Position numbers and translations under genes: made by a program. Positions 38,304 to 47,593 of a stretch of 47,708 nt of DNA are shown here, piece by piece. Position 1 is the first letter of the stretch. Each line of letters begins with the position of its first letter. Under the pieces are notes generated by a model that was not told the DNA's origin, ran no database searches, and was given only the letters and a program-made list of their open reading frames with translations. Source of the DNA: Pseudomonadota bacterium (GTDB lineage Bacteria > Bdellovibrionota > FAC87 > UBA2466); contig JAYSWN010000194.1 in the NCBI GenBank assembly GCA_043718025.1, positions 1-47,708 on the forward strand, in the 5' to 3' direction.

Positions 38304-39542
38304 TTAGCAGAATTCGCCATGTAGGTACCACTGGTCTTGGGTTTGAAAGAGCCATAATTTTTCGTCGTTGGGGCCGTGGGCCAAATAGTATTGTCGTGGT
38401 GGCTCGCCGCTCCACCAGCTGGTGGTGAGCTTCTCGGTGGGGGTCAGCCGCCACACCGCCGCGTTAAAGACAAAAGGTCTGGGTGAAAAAAGGTAAAGCG
38501 GCCGGGCCGGATAGAAGTCGCGCTTCTTTAGTGGCAGCACCGGCTGCGAAACCATCTCCCAGGTGCATTCCGGTAGGTGGCTCTCTTTTAGTTTGATGAA
38601 GCCCGCTTTGTCTTGCCCCAGCCTGTGGCGTAGCCGTTCTAGATAAGTTTGCAGGTCTTGTTGCCTGGTTTCGTCGTCGTCAAAAAGGTGTAGCTGGCGT
38701 GAACCCTGGGCAATGGCGTCGGTCACCTCCACGCCCACTTTTCTTAGTGGCGAATCCCACTTCAGCCCATTGACCCACTCCGAAAAAAGTTTAAGCAAAG
38801 CGGCGGAGTTGCGCGATGGTTCGGTAAGAAAAAGATCTTTTCGCTTAGTGCCACTCTCCAAACGAAAGGTGAAGGTGATTTTTTTGGCCAGTGCTGCGCG
38901 CCCTAATAGCCGCGCTTCCATTTTATTGAGCGTGCTGTTCATGAGGTAGATGAGACTCTCTTGGCTGGATGCCTCTTCGGCATCTAACGATTCCACCAGC
39001 CGGTGGTCGGGTTCAAATATTCGTAAGCAGAGCGGCCGTTGGCCCAGCACCATGTCGTGGAGAGGCAGTATGCCTTTGCCAAAACGGCGTACTACCGCAT
39101 CATTAGGTAGCCGGGCAAAATCACCCACCGTGTTTAATCCCACCCGTTTCATGAATAGAATGAGCTTCTCCCGCAGCGGTTTTTCTTCTTCCAGCTTTTG
39201 CGGGTCGCCGCAGGTGAGCAGGGCCGTAAGCCCTTTGGCGAAAAGGGCGGCTTGGCTCTGCCCTTCGGGTAGAATCAAAAGGCGACGGGCTCCGGGAGAG
39301 AGTGCGGCACCCCACTCTGGCTTATCGACCACCACCCCTTCAAAGGGAATTTCATTTTCGTAGAGCGCGCGCAGGGCTTCGAAACGGGCCATCCAGCCTT
39401 CAAAACCGCCAAAATATTTTTCGGTGGCGGTGATCTCCAGATACAGATGTACGCCCACACAAAACACCTTGGGGGTGAGCGCCAAGCAGGCTTCGGCAAA
39501 GTCTGGCCGAGGCTCGGCCAACATCAAATACAAAAATCGCAT
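38304..39542 (-). CDS. imuB: ImuB, inactive Y-family polymerase accessory subunit
   Basis: LYLEITAT, GLNTVGDF...RRFG, SHLPE, WW...RQYY and WYLHGEF; lies upstream of dnaE2. Confidence 0.85.
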   Translation of the reverse strand: MRFLYLMLAEPRPDFAEACLALTPKVFCVGVHLYLEITATEKYFGGFEGWMARFEALRALYENEIPFEGVVVDKPEWGAALSPGARRLLILPEGQSQAALFAKGLTALLTCGDPQKLEEEKPLREKLILFMKRVGLNTVGDFARLPNDAVVRRFGKGILPLHDMVLGQRPLCLRIFEPDHRLVESLDAEEASSQESLIYLMNSTLNKMEARLLGRAALAKKITFTFRLESGTKRKDLFLTEPSRNSAALLKLFSEWVNGLKWDSPLRKVGVEVTDAIAQGSRQLHLFDDDETRQQDLQTYLERLRHRLGQDKAGFIKLKESHLPECTWEMVSQPVLPLKKRDFYPARPLYLFSPRPFVFNAAVWRLTPTEKLTTSWWSGEPPRQYYLAHGPNDEKLWLFQTQDQWYLHGEFC

Positions 39543-39568
39543 AGAGCAACCATCCGCTTAGGCCAGTT

Positions 39569-40258
39569 TTAACTTCCAAAGGAAAAGCGAAATAACCAGT
39601 GCGGCAAGGGCCGTGAGCACAAGATGAAGGTCCGGCAGTTTACTTTTTCGGACGCCAGTTGAAGCTTGCGTAAGAAGCTGGGTTCGCACCCTTCAGAAAC
39701 TTTGATAAAGGCCCACCGGAACAGGCCGGTTTGAATCGACTCTAGACCCGTACGCCACACCTCGCGAGGCGTGGGCGGGTAGGCCACAATTAAATTTTGT
39801 AGCGGAAAGCATTCGAGCTGATGGAACGCCTCTGCATTTAAGGTTCCCGTATCCGAAACCCACACCGCGTACTCTTTGGCCTCTTTCCAAGCAGGCCTGT
39901 GGGGGGGAAGAGGAGCAGAGTGCAAGAGTCTAACCATGGACTCTGCTCCTCGGGGGGAACCAGATTGCGCCAGGCCACCTTTTTCCATCCACTGCAACGA
40001 CCGGTGCAGAAAGGCTGACGTGGCAGCGTCGCCTTTGCCTTCAGCATCCTTGACTGAAGGGGAGGTGGCCTGGGGCTTAGCAAGAAAAGAAAGCCCCTTT
40101 AAATTTTTGAGACGCTGCGCTTGGCTAACCTTAGCTAGAGGAAGGGAAAGGGGGAGAGCGACCAACTCTCCCCCTCCGGTCCTTACTTCTTTGCCATCGG
40201 CTGTGTCTGCCGATTGAAGCTCCGGGTGAGAGCTTTTTGATTGGCAACTACGTCTCAT
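39569..40258 (-). CDS. imuA: ImuA-like degenerate RecA-fold protein
   Basis: RKLQLASEK and AVWVS, no Walker A; first gene of the cassette. Start chosen from the promoter position. Confidence 0.7.
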   Translation of the reverse strand: MRRSCQSKSSHPELQSADTADGKEVRTGGGELVALPLSLPLAKVSQAQRLKNLKGLSFLAKPQATSPSVKDAEGKGDAATSAFLHRSLQWMEKGGLAQSGSPRGAESMVRLLHSAPLPPHRPAWKEAKEYAVWVSDTGTLNAEAFHQLECFPLQNLIVAYPPTPREVWRTGLESIQTGLFRWAFIKVSEGCEPSFLRKLQLASEKVNCRTFILCSRPLPHWLFRFSFGS

Positions 40259-40265
40259 TTCCAAT

Positions 40266-40283
40266 ACCATACATGTGTATGGT
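40266..40283. promoter_or_regulatory. palindromic operator, candidate LexA box, over the imuA -10 element
   Basis: ACCATACA-TG-TGTATGGT; minus-strand TAGATC-N17-TATGGT-N7-ATG. Confidence 0.65.
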
Positions 40284-40453
40284 TCATCGATCTAGCCCCT
40301 ATGAGTCAAGTTTTCTTAAAAATAAGCGCCAAGCTCGGTTTCTCTTGCCTGACTTGCTTCTTCAAGAGAGCCCCGCTTTGGTACTCATCCCCAGGAGGTC
40401 CCTTTTTCGACGGCTACTGAAGGCGGGCGAGTTTATTTTTTTCTTCCGCTTTC

Positions 40454-40482
40454 TAGACAGCGAAGTGCGCCGTGATTAATCT
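40454..40482 (+). promoter_or_regulatory. sigma70-like promoter of lexA
   Basis: TAGACA (40454-40459), N17, TAATCT (40477-40482), then 7 nt before the ATG. Confidence 0.6.
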
Positions 40483-40489
40483 TTTTAAT

Positions 40490-41107
40490 ATGGAATCAAG
40501 GCAACCGCTCACCTCGGCCCAGGCGGAGGTTTATAAGTACATCAAACAGTGTTGCGCCGAGGGACAACCGCCGTCCTACCGCGAAATTCAAAATCACCTG
40601 GGTTATAAAGCCGTGGGCACCGTTCAAGACCACATCAAAGCGTTGGTAAAAAAAGGGTGGCTTGAAAAAAATGAATTAAAAAAAACGGGTAGAAAAGCGC
40701 GCGGCCTAATGCCAATAGGGCAGCGCCCCGCCAACGCCAAGTCGATTCCTATCTACGGAGAAATCGCCGCCGGCTCTTTGCGCGACAATCCACAGGTTGA
40801 GCTAGGGCAGCTGCCGGTGGCCGGAGATTGGGTGAAGGGCGAAAGCTTTGCCCTCAGGGTAACGGGAAATAGCATGATCGAGGTGGGCATCTTCGAGGGT
40901 GATTTTGTTATCGTGGCCCGCAGCGTAGCGATAAAGAGCGGCGATATTGTCGTGGCGTTGTACTGTGGCGAAACCACCGTCAAAACCTATGAAAGAAGAA
41001 AAGACGGTATCTATTTAGTTCCGCAAAACCCAACCATGAAGGCCTTTAAAATTGATGGCCCTTTTGAGCTTCAGGGAAAAGTGGTTGGCCTGCAGCGACG
41101 GTTCTAA
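40490..41107 (+). CDS. lexA: LexA repressor
   Basis: PPSYREI winged HTH, IAAG cleavage site, GNSM and TVK catalytic dyad. Confidence 0.95.
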   Translation: MESRQPLTSAQAEVYKYIKQCCAEGQPPSYREIQNHLGYKAVGTVQDHIKALVKKGWLEKNELKKTGRKARGLMPIGQRPANAKSIPIYGEIAAGSLRDNPQVELGQLPVAGDWVKGESFALRVTGNSMIEVGIFEGDFVIVARSVAIKSGDIVVALYCGETTVKTYERRKDGIYLVPQNPTMKAFKIDGPFELQGKVVGLQRRF

Positions 41108-41131
41108 ATGGTGGGGCGGAGCGCTCTCCTC

Positions 41132-41160
41132 TTAGCTTAATTTTGCTCCACTGGTATAAT
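41132..41160 (+). promoter_or_regulatory. extended -10 promoter
   Basis: TGG-TATAAT at 41152-41160, with a weak -35 TTAGCT 17 bp upstream; GGAGG SD follows. Confidence 0.55.
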
Positions 41161-41179
41161 TGCGGGAGGGGGCAGGGTG

Positions 41180-41749
41180 ATGAGCAAAGGGCGACTAGAA
41201 GCATTTAGCGATGGAGTGATCGCCATTATTCTCACCATCATGGTGTTAGAATTAAAAGTTCCGCACGCACCCGACATCGCCGCTCTAAAGCCACTGATGC
41301 CCGTGTTTTTGAGCTACGTGATGAGTTTTGTGTTCATCAGCATCTACTGGAACAACCATCACCATTTATTGCAAACCGTAAAGTCTGTGAACGGCGCGGC
41401 CCTTTGGGCCAATGCCCACTTACTTTTCTGGCTCTCCCTTATTCCTTTTACCACCGGGTGGATGGGCGAAAATGATTTTCCACCGTGGCCGGTAGCGATG
41501 TACGGAGTGGTTCTGTTCTTTTGCGGAGTGGCTTACTACCTCTTAACTCACACTCTCATTGCTCATCATGGCAAGCGCTCAGACTTAGCCATGGCAGTGG
41601 GCCGCGATGTAAAAGGTATTCTCTCGCTAGTGATTTACGTCGTCGCCATTCCCTTTGCCTTCATTAACTCTTGGGTCTCTTACTCCCTTTACGCAGCGGT
41701 TGCCTTAATTTGGTTCATTCCCGATCGGCGACTAGAAAAGAAGCATTAG
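41180..41749 (+). CDS. TMEM175 family K+ channel (DUF1211)
   Basis: RLEAFSDGVIAIILTIMVL and YWNNHH. Confidence 0.95.
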   Translation: MSKGRLEAFSDGVIAIILTIMVLELKVPHAPDIAALKPLMPVFLSYVMSFVFISIYWNNHHHLLQTVKSVNGAALWANAHLLFWLSLIPFTTGWMGENDFPPWPVAMYGVVLFFCGVAYYLLTHTLIAHHGKRSDLAMAVGRDVKGILSLVIYVVAIPFAFINSWVSYSLYAAVALIWFIPDRRLEKKH

Positions 41750-41817
41750 CTCGTGTATTGAGCCTAGTGCGGTTCATAGAATTTTGGCAAAATAGGGGTC
41801 CCTTAGAGGTGTGGTGG

Positions 41818-42519
41818 ATGCGGTATCTGTTCATAATTCTGCTGTTGTCGGCTCCGCTAATCGCTGCGCCTTTTAAACTCATTGCGCTTAGCACAGAAAA
41901 AGAGCTTCTCCCCGACGCCAGCGGGACAACCACGGTCACCACTACGACTTATCAGGTTGAAAATTCACCGTACGAAATGATGGTAAAAGTTATCGAACGC
42001 AAACAAACACAAATAATCGAAACCAGAGTTTACCGTGGGGCTCAACGGCAAAAAAAAGCCGCGTTCAGCCGCTCGTTCGTGGATTTAAAAAGAGGGCAGC
42101 CCGAATTGGGAACGGTTGGCCAGTACGTTAAATGGGAGCAAGAACAGAATGGCGACGGCGTCGGCAAAGGGTTGGGAGAATTGGTGCTACAACCGCTGCT
42201 TCAACTCTCTTCGCTAAAATCGATCACCGCCGAATTGGGGATCTCCAACACCGCGGAAATGAGGAGGGCTTTAGTAGAGCAAGGGCGCGTCGAGAGCAAC
42301 GCTGATTTTAGCCATGTGGTGATGGATCATAGTCATTTTGGCCGAACGCTTGCCACCTATGGTTTTGCCGTGGACCCGTTAAAGACCAGTCTCGATAAGT
42401 TGCGCGGTGATGCTGTCTTCAGTTTTAATCGAGTGGCCGCTACAAAACCCGATAGGGGGTGCTGGAAGTTTTTGCCCAGTTTCTCTTCCCTTGGCCACGA
42501 GAATACGCTCGTACAATAA
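41818..42519 (+). CDS. secreted hypothetical protein
   Basis: Signal MRYLFIILLLSAPLIA; GVGKGLG motif, possibly GNAT-like. Confidence 0.65.
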   Translation: MRYLFIILLLSAPLIAAPFKLIALSTEKELLPDASGTTTVTTTTYQVENSPYEMMVKVIERKQTQIIETRVYRGAQRQKKAAFSRSFVDLKRGQPELGTVGQYVKWEQEQNGDGVGKGLGELVLQPLLQLSSLKSITAELGISNTAEMRRALVEQGRVESNADFSHVVMDHSHFGRTLATYGFAVDPLKTSLDKLRGDAVFSFNRVAATKPDRGCWKFLPSFSSLGHENTLVQ

Positions 42520-42553
42520 AGAAGAGTGGGGCCTTTTATGCCCCACCCTTCTT
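42519..42553. terminator. probable bidirectional terminator
   Basis: AAGAAG-a-GTGGGGC-loop-GCCCCAC-c-CTTCTT between convergent genes. Confidence 0.7.
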
Positions 42554-45500
42554 AATTTCTGACGTCTCCAATGAGCTTTGAACACGTCTCCACTGCCGCT
42601 ACCGCTTGATCGCTCACTACGCCTACTCCAGCACCAAATTGTTTCTGCAGCCCTTCTATAAGCTGTTTAAAGTCATCGGCGAAAAGCAGCGTGGGAAAGG
42701 TTCCCCAGAAACTCGCCCAGCTATAAAGAAAGGCGTAGAAGGCCATGTCCTTTACCCCGCCCATCGCTTGCAGCCCCTGCATACGGAAAAATCGAGTGAG
42801 CCACTGCGCCGGGCTCACCACGGTGAAACGTGTCAACATCGCCAAAATCCAAATTGGTACGGGTAGTGACACCCCCCACACCAGGTAATTAAACCAATAA
42901 ACCGAAGTCCCCATGGTGATGGCGGCGCGGTAAGTACGCAAATTTCCGATCCAAAAATCGTACAGCCCGGGCACGTTTCGCATCACTGCCGAAGTCAGGC
43001 CGGTTTTGTGGTGTTCTATGGGGAAAAACGAATCTAGGGTTCGCCAAAATCGCGTGCGCGTGCGCGACGTTCGGTTTACCAGCTTTTGGCGACGCCATTG
43101 AAAGCGGCCAGGCTGTACGGTGGATAGCGCGGCCTCTGCGTAGTGCTTTCTTAATTCTTTTTTCTCCGCCTTCGTTGCCGTAACCGGATTGTATGGCGTG
43201 CCACCGTTTGCCGCCATAAATGCTTTTTGAGCTTCGGCGTCGACGATATTAGGAACGATGTCGCGATACGCGGCAATGATGTTTTCGGCGTAAAGGTTTG
43301 CCGTGAATTGCACTCGATCCGCCTCGGTAAGTTCGGCAAGGTGGGATTTAAGTTTAATGTCGCTCAGCTGCCCATCCGTCAGCAATTTGGCTTTTTCCTC
43401 AATGCGCTCTTTCAGCGTCTCGCCGGGATTCGGATGGGGAAAGGCCGCGGCCGCATCGGCTAAGGCAATTCGATAAATTTCGTCCCACAAACGGCTGTCT
43501 TCTTCCGTTTTATTAGGAGCAAATTCGTAGCCGTGATCTGACAAAAACTTTTCGTTCGAAAGTCTCACCAGCTCTGCCCTAATCTTTTCGTCTCTTAGCA
43601 TGAGGGCCTCTTTATCAACGCTTTGAGCTGATGACTCCCCTCCATTGTAATCAGGATAGATGCCAACTTGATTCATCAACGATGCCGCGTATGCGTCGGT
43701 CCACAGCTTGATGTCGGCGGGTGAAGCTACGCTCACATCGAATACGGCCCCTTTGGCCTCCGCGTATTTACGATCGGCAACGGTTCTGGCCCGTCGTTGT
43801 TGCATTCTTCCGTACCAACTGGTGCGCGGCAGCTTATAGGGGGTGACCGCGTCCACATCGGCCAAAGCTCGGGTGTGAATCTTTTCGTCCATGATGAGGC
43901 GAAATTCAGCGCGGTGGTTGTGGCGCAGATCGCGCAGGGTTTTTTCGGCGTCCCCTTGGTGCTGGCCAATAATAAGTTCGTATTCGGTAGAGTAGCGAGT
44001 TCTCAAGATCAGAAGCGCCTCTTTTTCAAAGTCAGGGTGCAACGCTTCAGTGGCTTGAAAGTGATTTTTGGTGGGGCCGAGGTAGACTTCAGCCTCTCCG
44101 GAGAGAGTGCCCGAAAATGCCCGGCGAAAAATCTGGCCAGCCACTTGGCAGCCTGGCTCTTTGTATTTCTCTCCCCAAGCTCCGGGTATAAATTTAAGCC
44201 CTTCGGAAACCGGGCCGTCGTAGGTTAAGGCCACCAAAGTTTGGCGGGCCCGGCGCATGCGCGAAAGCAAATCGGCGACACCGGGTGGACTCTTGCCGGT
44301 TAGTTTTCCCCAGACCCACTTCATCGGCAATTTTACAAAATTACTGGTTACGGACAGATCGGCCACCACCTCTTCGAGAATCGCCACCGCGCTTACCAAA
44401 GATCGGTCGCCCGGATCGTTTTTCAGTCGGCCTTTGGCCTCTTTGAGCGCGGCATTTAAGGCAGGCACGATGGCTCCCGGCCGATGTTCGGCTAAGAAAC
44501 CGCTACCCAATGCCAGCCCCGGAACCGAACCGGTAAGTTTATTGCCCAATAGTTGATGGCCCATTGACCAGATTGTGGAGGCATCGAACAAAAAGTCTTC
44601 TTTACCGGGCAAGCCCACCTGTTTAGCGACGAGTGCGAACAGCTCTTCGAACTTTTTATCGCGTACGGTTTTCACTTCGGCGGAGTGCGGATCAAGGCCT
44701 AATTTACGCAGCTCTGAGTCTACTTCGGGCCCAAGCACCGTAATCAGTTGTGCCTTAAGATCGGCGCTTACCATCGAGGCGCCCTGGCTGGTGTAGGCGG
44801 CCAGATTTCGCGCGGTTTCATTTCGGTTAAACGTTTCGACGTCGGGGTTGTTTAAATCAAATGCGGCGTTCAATTTTTCTTGCATGCTAGGAAAGGCCCC
44901 GGCGATGCCTTCGACCATCCACGGCACCACAAAATAGACTTGCAGCGCAACCAAGGCGGTGTCGGTGAAACCCATCGGCCCAATTCCCAACGCGGCGGTG
45001 CGCCAGTTCACGGGAATATTTTCGGTCATGTCGCGCGCTTGATATACGGTTTGATTTAAAAAACGGCGGAGCAGGGTGTTTTTTCCGGCGCCAAGTTTGG
45101 TGAAATAGCGATCAACGATGTATTCCACCGAATTGCCCAGCCAGTTACCGGGAATAGTGGCGAGAAAAGTGAGGTTGTGGGCGAACACGTCTCCCGTATT
45201 TCTCACCTCTTGCGTCAATCGACCCCACAAACCGCGAGCCGGCTCGGCGCCATTTTTTTTGCCAAAACGCTCGCGATACACCGTGTAGCGCAAGACTACG
45301 GCGGCAATCAGCGACAGGCCGACAATGGCCCCCACCCGAATTAAATTTTTAACCAGTTTTTGGTCCGGACTGTCTTCTGCATAGGCCGTGGCGCCAAAGA
45401 CGAAAGCAAAGGCCTTGTCGATGAACGGAAGCATCGAGGTCAAAGACGGGCCAGTAAATAGATTGAGTTCGGGATGTTTAAGATTCAGCCCCGTAAACAG

Positions 45501-46379
45501 CATGCCAAAACCCGCGGTAGAACCGGGTAAGGGAAGGGTGGCTAAGGTGTCGTCAGCAACTAACGCCTTTGATCGGGCGGCTGAGCCCAAAGACAGCAGC
45601 AGGTTGATTTTTTCGGCAAAGACCACCTTTTCGATGTCTGACTCACTAATCGGAAGCGTGTCGCCTTCGGCATCGGTCATCATCACGGTATCGGTAAATC
45701 CCACGGTGTCGACGTCGACATTACCGGTCCAATTTCCGCCCGGCAGGGGGAAGAAAAAAACCGGAACCCGATCTTGCGCCTTTTTTGCCGCAAAAAGTTC
45801 GGTGATAGAAATTAAGAAAATACCTTCACCCGCCGGCTCGTCCGGTGACTTGGCTTGGAATAGATCTTCGGATTGAGCGGCCAAGTAGATCCATTGGTCG
45901 TCGGTTGATAGTGGACGCAAGGGCGCTTGTAGCCGGAAGACTCTCGACGTCCCTTTCAGGGCGATGTCGAGCGAGTTTCCCTTTTGACGAAAGGCAATGT
46001 GATCTTGGTCGGCGTCGCCGGGTTCCGTAGTGATCTCGGCCTGAGACCAGCTCTGTGATCGCAAAAAGAACGGATCCGAATCTAGCGCCGGATCACCGGC
46101 TTTTAATCCCATCGTAAACGGGATTTCGGGCATGTCGGTAAGCACTTCCACAATTGGGGGGGCGAGCAGCGCGGCCACTTCGGGACTTAATTTTACTAGG
46201 CGGGGGACGGCTTTAAAATTGGCGTCAAGATTTGTGCGGTTGGCCGTGCGGGCGACCGGAAACACGGGAGCTTTAGGAGACTCGGCCCGAAGGGTACGGT
46301 AGCCCATCGGCGGTAGCATCAGCTCGAAAAACACAAGAAATAGAATAGCCTTAGTCGATAAAGACGGCTTTAATTTCAA
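42552..46379 (-). CDS. large (1275 aa) secreted or membrane hypothetical protein
   Basis: Uninterrupted ORF, TTG start after GGGGGA, signal-like N-terminus, two clusters of hydrophobic helices. Confidence 0.8.
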   Translation of the reverse strand: MKLKPSLSTKAILFLVFFELMLPPMGYRTLRAESPKAPVFPVARTANRTNLDANFKAVPRLVKLSPEVAALLAPPIVEVLTDMPEIPFTMGLKAGDPALDSDPFFLRSQSWSQAEITTEPGDADQDHIAFRQKGNSLDIALKGTSRVFRLQAPLRPLSTDDQWIYLAAQSEDLFQAKSPDEPAGEGIFLISITELFAAKKAQDRVPVFFFPLPGGNWTGNVDVDTVGFTDTVMMTDAEGDTLPISESDIEKVVFAEKINLLLSLGSAARSKALVADDTLATLPLPGSTAGFGMLFTGLNLKHPELNLFTGPSLTSMLPFIDKAFAFVFGATAYAEDSPDQKLVKNLIRVGAIVGLSLIAAVVLRYTVYRERFGKKNGAEPARGLWGRLTQEVRNTGDVFAHNLTFLATIPGNWLGNSVEYIVDRYFTKLGAGKNTLLRRFLNQTVYQARDMTENIPVNWRTAALGIGPMGFTDTALVALQVYFVVPWMVEGIAGAFPSMQEKLNAAFDLNNPDVETFNRNETARNLAAYTSQGASMVSADLKAQLITVLGPEVDSELRKLGLDPHSAEVKTVRDKKFEELFALVAKQVGLPGKEDFLFDASTIWSMGHQLLGNKLTGSVPGLALGSGFLAEHRPGAIVPALNAALKEAKGRLKNDPGDRSLVSAVAILEEVVADLSVTSNFVKLPMKWVWGKLTGKSPPGVADLLSRMRRARQTLVALTYDGPVSEGLKFIPGAWGEKYKEPGCQVAGQIFRRAFSGTLSGEAEVYLGPTKNHFQATEALHPDFEKEALLILRTRYSTEYELIIGQHQGDAEKTLRDLRHNHRAEFRLIMDEKIHTRALADVDAVTPYKLPRTSWYGRMQQRRARTVADRKYAEAKGAVFDVSVASPADIKLWTDAYAASLMNQVGIYPDYNGGESSAQSVDKEALMLRDEKIRAELVRLSNEKFLSDHGYEFAPNKTEEDSRLWDEIYRIALADAAAAFPHPNPGETLKERIEEKAKLLTDGQLSDIKLKSHLAELTEADRVQFTANLYAENIIAAYRDIVPNIVDAEAQKAFMAANGGTPYNPVTATKAEKKELRKHYAEAALSTVQPGRFQWRRQKLVNRTSRTRTRFWRTLDSFFPIEHHKTGLTSAVMRNVPGLYDFWIGNLRTYRAAITMGTSVYWFNYLVWGVSLPVPIWILAMLTRFTVVSPAQWLTRFFRMQGLQAMGGVKDMAFYAFLYSWASFWGTFPTLLFADDFKQLIEGLQKQFGAGVGVVSDQAVAAVETCSKLIGDVRN

Positions 46380-46489
46380 TCACTTCCCCCTGCACCCAAT
46401 TCTGCAATTGAAAAACCTAGCATGAGTTTATACGAAGTGTCATGAAATGCTTCAGTGTGTTATAGAAAAAAGACAAGACGGGGGGCAAA

Positions 46490-47593
46490 ATGATCAGAGG
46501 TTTTCAGTCTGCATCAGCAACTTCTTCTCCAAATTCGCTTCGGGTTTGGCCGGCCGCGCTTTTTTTACTTCTCGTTTGTTTTGGGGTGAGGGCAGAAAAT
46601 GGGCCCTTTGGTGTTCCCACCTATAGAGACTACCAAAGCCTTTCTCAATCGGAGCGCGCCGCCTACGAGAAACGCCTAGACGAGTTAAGTTTTCCCAGTT
46701 TCGTCTTAAAAAGCCACTTTCAGAGCGCGAGCTATTTTGCCACGCCAGAAGGTGCACTCGAGTTTCGCCGGGTGGCCCATCTCCTTAATAAAGATTTGGA
46801 ACAGTACGGGCGGTTGGTCTCAATCGGGAGATCGGGTACGGGCCTATTGGCCTATGTTTCCGGATTTACTAAGGGAGGAAAAAAAAATGCACTTACGGAC
46901 CTTCCCTTTTCCTATCCCGATAAGTGGAATGCGATTACCGACGAGCAGCATGCGGGTTTACGTCGGCATCTAACGAGAAACGGTCTTGATCCTCAGTCGA
47001 TCGCCGCTGCTGAATTGCCAATTTTATTTTATGATTTTGTCTATTCGGGAGGCAGCGCTTACAAACTGCTGCTGGAGATCCACACTTGGGCCAAGGAATT
47101 AAAAATCGTGGCAAAAGTGAAAAAGAAAATTCATTTCATCGGTTTTTTTCCGGCCGAGACTAAAGCCCGTGAAATTCTTTTTTCCCTGCACTATCAAACC
47201 ATAAAAGAATTTGGGGGCAGTTATAAGCCGGAACCGCCGTCCGAGAAGTACATTTCGGAGCAGGCTACGGGGCTTACGTCCTCAAGTTTTTCAGATATTC
47301 AGAAGATCGTGGATAAAGCCTCCGAGCCCCACGTTCTTTCAAGTTTCTACAATTACCTCGGCACCCACGGACCCAATGCCCATGAAAGCCTTAGGCCCGA
47401 AAAGTGGACTACCGATGTCTCTCTCCTGCCCCCCAATTCCCTAAAAGGGCAGGCGGCGAGTGATGGTCACCTTGAGCTCTACTACCTTTTTAAAGAGGGT
47501 GAGCTCGACGCTTTAGGGGGCTGCCAGCGGTGGGTGGAAAAACCCGCGGCCGCCGCTTTTGTTCCAGCTTCCTCGCGGCCTCGCGCAGATTAG
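46490..47593 (+). CDS. secreted hypothetical protein with a PRTase-like motif
   Basis: Signal ending VRA-E; SIGRSG and LFYDFVYSGGS. Confidence 0.65.
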   Translation: MIRGFQSASATSSPNSLRVWPAALFLLLVCFGVRAENGPFGVPTYRDYQSLSQSERAAYEKRLDELSFPSFVLKSHFQSASYFATPEGALEFRRVAHLLNKDLEQYGRLVSIGRSGTGLLAYVSGFTKGGKKNALTDLPFSYPDKWNAITDEQHAGLRRHLTRNGLDPQSIAAAELPILFYDFVYSGGSAYKLLLEIHTWAKELKIVAKVKKKIHFIGFFPAETKAREILFSLHYQTIKEFGGSYKPEPPSEKYISEQATGLTSSSFSDIQKIVDKASEPHVLSSFYNYLGTHGPNAHESLRPEKWTTDVSLLPPNSLKGQAASDGHLELYYLFKEGELDALGGCQRWVEKPAAAAFVPASSRPRAD

